Positions 1 through 43,875 of a DNA stretch of 64,000 nucleotides are shown piece by piece. Location of the stretch: NCBI GenBank assembly GCA_002633005.1, contig NMRA01000149.1:702440-766439 (forward strand), in the 5' to 3' direction. Position numbers and translations under genes: made by a program. This DNA comes from Phoronis australis (lineage: Eukaryota; Animalia; Phoronida). The notes beneath the pieces were generated by a model. It saw only the letters and a program-made list of their open reading frames with translations, did not search any database and had not been told where the DNA came from. Position 1 is the first letter of the stretch; the number at the start of each line of letters is the position of its first letter.

Positions 1-71
1 AGAAATCTGCAAATAAACTGAATAAATAAGCCACTGGCACCTGAGTGAAACTGGTGTGGCCTTAGTCTTAC

Positions 72-31767
<31,696 letters not shown>

Positions 31768-33887
31768 TTTGGCTTACAGTAATTGTCTGAAACGAAGACA
31801 ACAGATGGTTCAACGTTTTGTATATTTTTGAGTCCACCTGAATTGTAAGCTCAAATTGTGACCTTGTAGGCTCAATTCCCAGACAAGATGAGTCTTGTCT
31901 AAGTTCCACCCACGCACAGCCTACCCTGGAACAACATGCACTAGTGCAACTTAACTCATATTTAAGTGGAGCATCCACACTACAACAATTTAGCAAAGCT
32001 CGATAAGGTGGAGTAAGTTGCACCAGTTCATAAAAAGAGCCCACACAACCTCCATACCTAGCAAAAACTTGATCCAGGAGTACTTGAGTAGTTTGCCTTA
32101 GGTTAAGTCTGAGTGTGGAGGTACTTTACACACCTTGATAAATGAACACCACAGTGTACAACAGTTGTACAAGGCTGATAATGGAAGCACTCACAGATAT
32201 TTCAAAATGGATATTGGAACATCATTGGAGCCATTCACACTCCTTCACAAGACTTCCATGTCAAATATAACATGCAGCGATTCGCCAGCCATCTATAGAG
32301 TTGAACGAAAGTCTGAGCAAAATCGGATATGCTCTATCGCAAATGACAAATTGTATACAACTTCTAGCTAAAACAGTCGCATCATAACACCAGCCTATAC
32401 ACCCCATCTAACCACAACAGTAACTGGAGTGACGTGTAGACAGAGTTATAAGGTTAGTTCGCAAAAACTCTCAACGAAGTATTATCTCGTTCATTTCTGG
32501 CTAGACTGGGCAGGTACAGACCTTGTCCTAAAAATATGACTATACTGGCGCAATTCCAATTCTTAACTGCAAAGCAATAACTATATACCAAAATATGAAG
32601 CAAATAACATGTGACGCTCCTTTGAAGTATATCTATTACGTTTTTGTTCAGACAGGTTTCGTCTAAGTCAAACAAGCTACGACTGCAGAAATCCAACTGA
32701 AAATAGATCCTTCTTTTGACCCCATGATATTCAATGAAATTTATACCAGAAACACTTACAAATTTATAAAGCAGGCATAAACATATTACAGCAGGTTAAT
32801 TATGCATGACAGTGCTCAGGCATACCTACTTGAAATAAGACAGTTACAACTAAGTCATGTCATGTTATGAAATCAAAATCAATAATAAGCAAACAAGAGT
32901 TATATCTGCAACAAAAGCGTTTACCAAGTAACCATTTCAAAATGCATAATTAAGCACGGTTCTTCCCATAACATTTATGCCCAATATAACAAAGTCTATT
33001 GCAGTCAAGATACGTGATTCAAACTCCAGAGTTCAACATCTCGTAAAGATTTAAAACGAACACAAAGATTATCAGAAAAAGGCTCGGAGAAAATTGCTTC
33101 TCAGTATAACTGTTCAAACTGTCACAAGCACAGCTAATGCCCTACAGTAAAATTCTCCAATTTGGGATGTTGCCAGTGAGAAATTGACTATTTTGCTCAA
33201 TGTGGGAACTTGTACCAAGTTTAGAAATGAGCAATATCGACGGAATTAATTCAAAAATTATGATCAATGATATGCGGTCATTCACCTCGGTGTTACATAA
33301 CATGGCGACACATGAAAACATAGCAGAGGCTATTTTCAACGAATTTATGAACTGACAAGACTAATGTACTTTCAGACTCTATATGCAAAATGCAGTGTCC
33401 AATGTAATTGAAAAATACGGTGAATACCAAAAACTCCCATCTTCAGAATCAAGAAAATTCAATTTCTGCTTGTATTTCTGCGTCCCCAATTTCAGATACT
33501 GTCTAAAACTAAAGATTTTTTACTGCAAATATTTAGGTGAAAGGTGCCACAAAACAACTAATACAATTAAAAAGTAAGGATATGAAAAGACAATATCAAT
33601 CTGTCCGCAAAAATTTATGAATTTAAAATTACATCATCTTGTAGTTTGCTAGGAAAGATCACAAAAGGTCACTATCAGTGAACATGAAAGTTTCTAAATG
33701 CTGCATTTGAATATGTTATGCTGACAGCCACTCAGGCACAGTGTATAACAATATTAGTAGAGGGCGGAATAAGCCAAAGGCCATCTCCATTATCAGAGAA
33801 TCGCAGTTAATCTACATGACAACACACTGGTAACATAAATGTTTAAACATGATGAATACTGTCAGTCATCCAGTTGAGTAGATAATA

Positions 33888-34247
33888 CAGAAAAAATTAA
33901 TCAAATACTGGACTTACAGATTAAGTTAGCTATGCTGCATCCTCATCCTGAGGACTTTTGGCAAGCCACTGAGATGTCATGTGACTCATCATGTGATCGA
34001 CAGTACAGTTTGCACAGGATACTCTTCAGCGCCCTATCTCAAGTTCTTGACAGAAGGTCTGAGATCTGAGGTTTCTGCTACAAAGAATATGGGATAGGGT
34101 GCTGAAGAGCATCCTGCCCAAACTGTACGGTCGATCACATGAGTCACATGACACTTCAGTGGCCTGCCGAAGTCCTCGTCACGAAGACACGAGGACGCAA
34201 CGCAGCTAACTGAATCCGTAAGTGCAGTATTTGATTCATTTTTTCTA
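33888..34247. mobile_element. Foldback MITE, Tc1/mariner-type (TA TSD)
   Basis: About 170-bp imperfect inverted arms cagaaaaaattaatcaaatact... / ...agtatttgattcattttttcta with TA on both flanks. Confidence 0.8.
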
Positions 34248-34419
34248 TATATAAATGTTTAAAGTTTGGAATATGTACAGTTCAGAAATGCTTAAGATCT
34301 GTTAAGTTTCTTCAATTTGACATTTTTGAGTTTTCTTCAGTGAATTTGATTTTATCTTTGATTAAAATGTTGACTGAACAAATAACAAATATACTGCTTT
34401 GTTGCTGCTTTATTGATTG

Positions 34420-34644
34420 CAAAATGTTAAAGCATTGCTCTACCTTTCAAACCAGTCTCAAAATGTTATGTTTGAGCATTGCTCTACCTCTCTAACCAGT
34501 CTCAAAATGTTATGTTTAAAAGCATTGCTCTACCTCTCAAACCAGTCTCAAAATGTTATGTTTGAGCATTGCTCTACCTCTTTAACCAGTCTCAAAATGT
34601 TATGTTTAAGCATTGCTCTACCTCTCAAACCAGTCTCAAAAATG
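34420..34644. repeat. 44-46-bp minisatellite x5
   Basis: Unit agcattgctctacctctcaaaccagtctcaaaatgttatgtttg. Confidence 0.92.
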
Positions 34645-34653
34645 GCTTCCGCT

Positions 34654-34848
34654 GTGTCAACTTGCTCCGTGTCAGTTCTATTTACACACACAGTGTCAAC
34701 TTGCTCCGTGCCAGTTGTATTTACACACACAGTGTCAACTTGCTCCGTGTCAGTTGTATTTACACACACAGTGTCAACTTGCTCCGTGTCAGTTGTATTT
34801 ACACACACAGTGTCAACTTGCTCCGTGTCAGTTGTATTTACACATACA
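34654..34848. repeat. 39-bp minisatellite x5
   Basis: Unit gtgtcaacttgctccgtgtcagttgtatttacacacaca. Confidence 0.93.
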
Positions 34849-37608
34849 GGCGCCCGATCAGCTAGCTGCTCCGTTACAACTGCTTCCCGAATACATTCTG
34901 CTTAACCAAACACCTATACTTTAGCTGCCCCAAGCCCCCTTGCAATCCTCCACCCCCACCCCCCCGGGAAAATCCAATCATAGGAAAGTATCGTGTTGCA
35001 TTACCAACAGAGAAAAATCGATAGCCACACAGAGAAATTGGCTAAAAGTTTCCCTCTAATAACCTTGATCACACGCCAAATACAGACTCAAAACTAATCA
35101 ATGTATTGAACATTTTGTAGGAACAAAAACTAGGAACTGTCAATGTAATCAATTCTTATTCTTGTAACCTATCCAGGCATTACAGACGGCAGTATATCTA
35201 GATTCACATAATGTCATATGACATGTTACATGGATTGGCACACAGTGTCAAGCCTGAGAGCAAATGCTGACCACAAACCATTGATAGGACAATGCCAATC
35301 CCTGCAAGTCACTGGGGAAGACGTTTGACGTAAGATAAAACTTCTCCAGTTGGGGACAGTCTTTAAAATTTGAGACACCGATATTCAAACAGATTTTGAA
35401 GATTGAAAATGGGCGATCATGACGTTCGTCACATTTCTCAAATTTTGGGCATTACGTGTTGCACCCTCAGAACCTGAAAAAAGATTTTGCAGCACAAAAA
35501 CTTGTTGAAAATAGCCGTCGACACAATGTTTTCATACTTCCCCATGTTGTTTAACATTTACAGTGCTATGAAAGGTAGCACTATGGAATTTTGTTTAACA
35601 TGGCTTCTCATTGGTTAAAGTAATGAAACCGATGTCATAACATTCAGTCATTCCCATTGGTTGAAATCTGGGAAATCCCTTTCAGTTTACTGTTATGTAG
35701 TATAGGAGACCACCTTTGACTTGAATAGTTGCAATTTATTAAAACGGCAGTGATCGAAGTAAACAAAATCAAGGGAACCCGATCCAGTGCCTTAAACCCA
35801 AACAAGTACAGTGCATAAAGGCGTGTGCAAGTGGTGGCGAGGTGATCGGTATACTTCCAACCAGGCATGCGCATTGATGCCCACACACGGAATACCGTGT
35901 CGTTCATCATGTTTCCACAGTGCCACTTTTCAATATAGGTGGCGCTGTGTCAGAGGGTAAACATTGACCAGAATGATTGTTGGTTTACCTGACATACATA
36001 AACATGTTTCTTCAATGCGAACCAAAGCTTAGCTACCCAACGTTACCATAAAGGGGTATGTAAGTACACCCTATTGTGATTTTGAGCTCTATGTGCAGAG
36101 ATGCTCCCACACCGGCTTCAAGGTAACCTACACGATTTTTATATCTAACTCCATGATTCGAAAAAAAAACATTTGAACTTTCACGAAAGATGAACAATAC
36201 CACTATTGAAGTCCGAAAAAAGACTCAGTAACCATTTAATCAGCCACTTTTATGAAGCACCAGGCGGGCAACAAGTAGGAAGTTAATTAAATTAAATTCA
36301 TGAATTATCAGTACTACCTAATGTACAGTTCTGTTTCAAAATTTCAAAAATGGAAACTTGCCAGTCGTCAGCTTCTTCTGCTCCTACAACTTGTAACTAA
36401 CCACATTCAAAATTTAAGCAAGATTTTGTACACATGGGATATTGGGATTGAGTAAACAAGATGTTATGTGCTCAGCTGAGACTTAACACAATTCAATGTA
36501 ACAGGTAAGATCATTAAATAATTGTTTATTCAATAAAAATCGTAAAGGGTGCCGATTGCAGTACACAGTCGAACGTGGGTATACTGATGCTAATTTGTAA
36601 TAATGAGAACATTTCACTCAAGTTTGACTTTCCAGTTAGATTCAAAGCAAATCCTGATTTACCTGTGATAAAAGACGAACAACTCGATAGAGGTCCTCAA
36701 CAAAAACGGTTATTATTCTTGCAGTAAATTAACAATATTTCTGCTTTCATGATCAAAGAAATACATTTAGTCTAAACCTTGCAAATGAACGACTGACCAT
36801 GTTTAGCACTGAGCTAACGAGCAAATTTGATGATCCACAGACCAATTATGCAAATCTTGCGCTTAGCTGATATCGTCATGGTTTTAGTGGGTGTTTAGAT
36901 GACAAGATCAATAATCAAAGGTTTGACAGCGAAATGCTGCCACAAAACAGCGCTTGGCGAGTAAAAGTATTGACATGACATATGTTAAAAGTATGAAGCA
37001 TTCGTGCCTAAGTTGGAAATATTGTTTATCTGAACCAAGATTGTGATCCAGAAAATAATATACCTAATATATGGACTTGTCTTTAACTACAAGTAATCTA
37101 CAAGTACCGAAGCTTCAACCAACCAAAAATAGTCAGAAAAGGATCTCATACACATACCTGTTTTTGAAGCTTTTTCACTACATTGTGTACTTAATGTACA
37201 AGAATGCTGAAACATTTCTGTAAAAGTGTATATAATATAAACAACTTATTTTCCTGGGCTTTCGAATGATGTCACCTGCAAGAAAATCGATTAAGCGGCG
37301 AAAATTTTACAAGCCATAAGCGATAAAAAACAATTTACTAGAGTCACAAAAGCAAATTAAAAAATACCAAACAACATGTTTGAAAGTACGACTCTAAATG
37401 TTGAGATTTCCAGCCAAGTCTCCAAATTTAAGAGGAGACTTCTCAATCACCTGGCAGTGCTGCTTCACACCACCTGCATTCAAAAAACAAGATTTTGCAC
37501 ACAAGATGGACCAAGCAGAGAGTACAGGCTGCTTGTGTCAAAGATTCAAACAGAATTCCATGTAACAAGTAAGTCCGTTAAATACAAGTATAAATACAAA
37601 AATCAAAT

Positions 37609-37724
37609 GAGTCCATCATGGGTACATTTTTGACCGTGGGTACACGAGAGTCCATCATGGGTACATTGTTGACCATGGGTACATGAGAGTCCATCATGGG
37701 TACACTGTTGACCATGGGTACACG
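37609..37724. repeat. 39-bp minisatellite x3
   Basis: Unit gagtccatcatgggtacattgttgaccatgggtacacga, made of two catgggtaca half-units. Confidence 0.9.
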
Positions 37725-40059
37725 GTGATCAGCATGTTATAAAGATCAAATGTATTCCTATTTAAAAATACATCTGCTTCCTTGAAAAAGCTTAGTCGCC
37801 ATTTTTCACCAGCAACACTTCGTAAAGAACTGTTTTTCACAAGTCTGACAGTTAATACCCAATCCAGTGAGATATCCAAAGCCATGACAGGGCCCTCAGT
37901 GCTTCGATTTTAAGATGAATAAAATAATAACACCATTCGAATGCAAAAATATTTCTAAAAATGCACAAAATTCTCCTGAACAGGACTAAAAATTGTCCTC
38001 AAATGAGTAAAAAAATTCCACTAAGGTTAGATTGACTTGGTGTTGACTACTTGAAGTACTACAACTATCGCGATATCAATGGGCAATTGTTGTGCTATGG
38101 GATGATATGCAGACTCACACAAAAAATCAGAATGTCTCAAAAATGCTCAGAAATAAAAGACATTGCATTGCATCGAAGTCAACTCAGTCATTCTTGAGTG
38201 AAAGAGGATTGTTTTTTTTTGTGTTCACACAACAACAAGAGTTGTATGGAATGCTTCCTAGTACAAGTGGAGAAGGACAGTTATGCCTCTCAGCTATGCA
38301 CTTAAAACACTTTGCTTGATAGCAGCAGAACAAAGTGAATGTCTGCTTTCAACAATTCAAGGTGTGTTTATCACTTGTAGCAGGAACTAAACAAGAGAAT
38401 CCAATACAACAGAAAATCAAAAACAGGAAACTTTAACTGCGACACTGAACATCATGCCATGTTCTGGAATTAATAACATTCTCCATATTCTTTGTTAACA
38501 AGTACAGCACAAAACTGATTTTCGAGATAACATTTTGTACGTCATAAAATGACACGGCCAATTTTACTTAAGTGGACTGCTGAAGTGCACCCAAGATTAC
38601 GTAGGTTACCATGGTAATCTACCAACAAATCAATCATATTTTAACTTTAACCAGAATCAAAATGACCACCCAATTAAAACTTAAGTTTGGACAAATCAAC
38701 ATCAAATAAGCAATGTAATTCTAGAGAATTTCTGAATCCGACACATAAAAGCAGAAAATAAAATGTTAAAGGCAGACATATATACAAAATTGTAAAACTG
38801 ATTGAAAACTTAAAAATTGAATATAAGTTTTTGATATTACAGCAAGCAGCAAATTCAACCTCTTTATTCACTAATGAATCATATAAGAGCCTTCATTCAT
38901 ATTAGTGTCAACAAGTCGACTTTTCGGGATTGCCAGTCAGTATGAACGCTAAACTTCTGTCTCAGATCGAAGTTATCATTCTAAGTTTACTTCACGAGTG
39001 GTTTTAACAGCGGAATGTTGACGTTCGATGTAGTAAAACCAATGTCATCGGCAAGGGTCGCTGTCAATAATGTATCCTGTTGTGGTATTATCTGACATCT
39101 TTTCAAATATTCACTTCATTTCATTATCATTCGACCAAAGATACGATACTTCAAATTAAAAAAATTCCATCTGCATGGCATTTTGCAGTAATTTCACATT
39201 GTAATAACATTGGTGTCCACTAACTACCGTAACCAGTTTTAAACGTTCAACAAACTTGGAAGTTTACATCGACACTCCTAACAGGTACCGCAGTTAAGTT
39301 GGTACAAAAAGGTCCTTTAAGATTCCAATGTAAGGCTTCAAAGGTAAATTGTTAGTCTGATCGTCCAATACCTGACAACAGTTTTTGGATCAAGGTAGCT
39401 GCGTGCAGACACCTCAAATGGGAATACAAAAAAAAAAATAAAGACAATGGACTCAGGCGTATCAAAAAATGAAAACATAAGTCGATAGCCTTTTAGTTAA
39501 AGCACTTTAAAGGCATAAATTGTAGAACCCAATACAAAACAATAATTATTGTACTTCAATCTTGCAAAAGAGCTACATTTGAAACAATGTCACAGCTGCA
39601 TTTACAATGCTTTGTTTTACTGGCAACGTTACATTCTACCATAGTGAGCAACTTTTACCTTTCAGCTCATACTAACCTTTAATCAGCCAGCAGTCTCTTT
39701 AAGACTGACAGAGTCAAAATCAGTTATCAAGCATAAATGTATTGGAGAGCAAACCAGACATAAAAACCACAAGTTTCCATGGAAACTATAAATCCAGATA
39801 AGACTTTACAAGAAAATAATGAGTCAATAGGCGAAAACTGTGAGGTAGATACATTGTAGGAAGGCGTTAATTGGAGTTCTGTCAAGTCTTGGGAAGGTGT
39901 TGGCATTTAAGGTGAAAATGACTGTTTATTGGAAACAATTAAAAATGCTAGGCTTCCTCACAAATACTTGCTTGCTTGCCACTGTATTATGTGATTTTTT
40001 TATAAATGAACAACACACTGTGAAACCAGCCTAGAGACTTTAAGCCACTAGATAATTAA

Positions 40060-41105
40060 AGGTTACGTAAGACCCTAGAAAAATGGCCACATCTGGCCAT
40101 TCAATTTTGGAACATCAATTCATATATCAGAAATTGTTCACCTGATTCATATGAAACTCTCAGATACTGATACTCTGTTTAAGGGAAGGAGCCTAGAAAA
40201 ATGTCCAAGTTTAGCTTACTTCAGAACATCACACTTCAGGAATGACTGATCCGATTCAAATGAAACTTTCAGATCCTGTGTTTTATACACTGTTCTTCAC
40301 AACACTGTTAGGAATCGTTTTTGAAATGTTCCACTGTGTAGGAGGGGCTATCAAAAAGTGAACTGTTATAATTTTGAAGAAAAAACTCAAAATTTGGATA
40401 AAATGAAACGAAATGTTAATTTAGAAAATGGTAACAGCGCTTTTGAGGTTTCATCTTGAACAATTATAATAAATAAAATTTGGTCATGTTGTTCATACCG
40501 TGGTTTTGGTACCGTTCCTTTTTCCGCTAAAGTTTACCAAGAATACATGGTCATACGACCCAATTAACGACAGATTGATAAAAAGTCAATCAAATTCCAC
40601 AGGATTTCTGATTTCATAAAATACATACTTTCACAGAATCAAAATCTATGGTTTTGTAGATTGTTAGATAAATACACAGGCTTGTCGATAAAGTCCTCCA
40701 TGACTTTAGCACATTGTTCTCGCTGTTAAAAATTGTTTTTACGATGCTCTACTGTTGCATGAGGGGCTATCAAAAAAGGGACTTTCATGAATTTCATGAA
40801 AATATCAAAAGTTGCATAAAACAAAAAAAGAATTTAAAAAACGTAACAACTTCTCTGATCAAATGACATTTGGTTGTTTTTGATACCATTGTTTCACAAT
40901 CAATGTAATTTCTTTTTGCTGAATTTCACCAAAAAGGCATGGTTACACCACTCACTTAATAACAGAGTGTTAAATAGTCAAAAATCAAATTCTACAAGCT
41001 TTCCACTTTCAGAAAATATTATATACTTTTGATAAGTTACGAATCTGTAGTTCTGTGGATATTTGGCTAAATAAACAGACAAGTTTATAAGGCCCTACAT
41101 AACCT
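40060..41105. mobile_element. Non-autonomous DNA transposon (Kolobok-like) with internal tandem duplications
   Basis: TTAA then aggttacgtaagacc ... ggccctacataacct TIRs; duplicated blocks starting gaggggctatcaaaaa at about 40343 and 40761; same family as 61649-63006. Confidence 0.6.
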
Positions 41106-42716
41106 ACCATTTCTCTTAATTATGCAGCTCTCAAGAGCAACCTCAGTTCCAGACTGAAGTAACAAATAATGGGCTCATTTATCACCCAGACTCTAGAATG
41201 TGGCATGGTATGACTTACCTGATTTAACACAAGAAGTGACTTGGAGTATCACAGACAACAGGTAAATAGTCAATATTTATGACATCCTGACAGACTGTCT
41301 TGAACTGGAAAACAAATTGGAACAAAAATGTCATCAAAATGCCCAAGTTACTGATATAGTTACCGCGGACACTGAATTTATCATCGATTTAAAAGTAGCT
41401 TCAAACTGACCAAAATATAACTTTTGTAGTGTAATTTAGATGTCACTTAGTCACCAATAAGTGTATCAGCACTTTCATTTCTAAACCCCTGACATCCAAT
41501 GGGTGTGAAATTTAGACAATATTAAAAGTTAAAATTCTTAAGTCACTTTTCTTAACTGAAGGTCAAAATTAAACAATGCCATTTTCTATCAACTGAACAT
41601 ACAGCAACATACCTCAACTCCAGAGGGCAACAAACTCAAGTCATTCTAACCTTCATACACTAAGTTCATGTGACGAAACTGATGATAAGTTTGAGACGCA
41701 GTGACAATAAATCAACAATCCAACAAAATGAGCTCAACAGTCTAGAATCCAGCTAGACTTTCTGCCACAACTGTTCATTCACCCACTGACTAAATCAGAA
41801 CTGACTCAGCCTCGTCAGAGAGTTTTCTGCGTCATTTAATCAGTATCGATGCTCGAAGAGTTCCTGTCATACTAAACACAGCCACAGTATTGACGAGAAC
41901 TAACTCTGGTCAATAGGCAGCAGAATAAATTATTACGATTTAATGTCAGCAGACTGCGAAGCCATTTTGAGAATGACTGTCTGAATAGCTTGAAGTGCAG
42001 GAAAGAACAGTCGTTATGTCTGGTTCATCAAAGGCTGACACGCGTATTTCAGCTTTTGGTTTAAGTACACAGCACTAGAAATTACAGGAGTTGAACTTTT
42101 CTGGTGAAACTCGCATGTATTATGCATGAAGTTCAAACAGAGAGATAATTTACATTAAGTCTTCATGAGAGTAGCTAGACACACACTAACATCTGTTCAG
42201 GTGATGGCGACTACATCAACCAAAGGTTTTTATGAATAATCTACATCGAACAATTCACTTTAGTTTGGAAACGCCAATTCAAACACTGAGATAAAATTCA
42301 CTGAAGACATAATGTGATCTGCCATGTTAACATTTTGATATCAATCATTTAAAGCAGCATTTTACCTCCTTGAGATTGCTAAAAAATAAAATTTGACCTA
42401 AAACTATCATAAAATCAGTCTCATAACATTCCTTACTGCGACAGAATACTACCTCCATTAAAAACAAGAAACAAAGAAACCTTAGCAATTAAAAAAAAAA
42501 ACGCTTCAAAGTTTGTTGGAGTCCACCAACTGCACAATAGAGGGTTTTTCATATTGGAACTCTCTAAAGTAGTGGGAGCATGAAAGTGTGATGTCTGATT
42601 GATCCTGACTCAGATTTGGTGGATAGAAACACAGCTACTGCACAGTGGTTCATAAATATAAAAGCAGAAGAATAAATTCCACAGTAAGTCCCTCCCATTG
42701 TTTGATTTATTAAAGT

Positions 42717-42920
42717 TCACCAATTTATTTTAGCTTTTTGATACCCGCTGTGATAGAAATTCTCGCGCTTTATTAGCATCTGCCACTGGCTTTGTCGCAC
42801 ATACATCCCAGCAGTGGGAAATGTATGGAACATGTCATCGTTGCTCATCAGTTGATATTTCAAAAGGTTTGCCTTCTTTCGTAAGGCGTTGGTACATCCT
42901 ACTGCAGAGCAGTGGGTATT
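42717..42920 (-). pseudogene. Degenerate THAP zinc-finger domain fragment (transposase relic)
   Basis: HCSAVGCTN...FHTFP...RQSQWQMLIKRENF matches the THAP N-terminal pattern; no start ATG and no CxxH. Confidence 0.55.
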
Positions 42921-43738
42921 TACTAGCAATATAAAATCAGGAAAGTAGTTAAAACACTGTTGATACCAGTAAGTTGAAGCTCCCATCTGCATTACAAGGG
43001 ATCTGTAGGTGGCGCTGAACACCTGTCCACCAAAGACCTGATCGCTGTAATATGGCGGGTAGGAGAATTATAATATGGCACGGCTATTTTGAAAGACAGC
43101 TCTTGGGAATTCGGGACTTGAGTTGCCGACTCATTTAGTAGTTTCAAGATTAGATTAGCACAATAATGTTTCCAATACCAAAAGCGCTTCTGTTAAGAAT
43201 TCAACTTCCTCAGCTACACGGGGCCGAAATATAGCTTTAAATATCTCGAAAATGTTTAAAGAACTTAAAAACTCTAAAATCAACTTACGGTACTTTCAAA
43301 AGAGATCAAAGTCACATTTTCAACGAAATATTCAATAGTACAACTCTTGCTGAGACTCAAACATGACTACACTTTTCATCTAGGTGGTTAGTTTGATCAG
43401 AATTAATTCACCTAAAACAAAATAGGATGAAGATTTTTATAGCAAAAATTTTCAGCAAAATGACATCATTACTGTGTTAGTGACGTGGTTTGTTCATTGC
43501 TGCTCATAAGGAGGATCCTGGTCTGTTTGATTACTTGTAACAAAGCAATCATTTGAAGAATAAAAAACATCAATCTGGGCAACTGATTTAACAAAAAATG
43601 ACTGCTGAACTTAACCAAACCGCTGGGAGTCTCAGACATTGACAATAACTATGTACAGAAAATTATGACACAATTCATCATAAACTTGCATCTGTCAACC
43701 AGTTATGGTTAACTCTCATTAGTGTACGGTGTTTTCTC

Positions 43739-43875
43739 AAATAGTTCGTACACTCTTAATAGTTCGTACATGGCCCTTAAAACATAGCATTTGTCTCTAG
43801 TAGTTCGTACAGTAGGCGTCCAAGAGAAAAATAGTTCGTACACATCTCTGCGTCGGAAAAAATAATTTGTACAAG
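43739..43875. repeat. Cluster of atagttcgtaca motifs (about 5 copies), likely transposon subterminal repeats
   Basis: Direct inspection; irregular spacing. Confidence 0.65.

Noticed and set aside
34417-34924. ORFs of 86-162 aa with repeated peptides (TVSTCSVSVVFTH etc.)
   Set aside because: Artefacts of the 44-bp and 39-bp minisatellites; open in several frames and on both strands.
35644-35910. Possible SWIM zinc-finger transposase remnant (CACLVG...DHLA...LYAL)
   Set aside because: Needs a frameshift and the motif match is too weak to call by eye.
34654-37724. Two unrelated arrays sharing a 39-bp period
   Set aside because: Units are not similar and the neighbouring array is 44 bp; likely coincidence.
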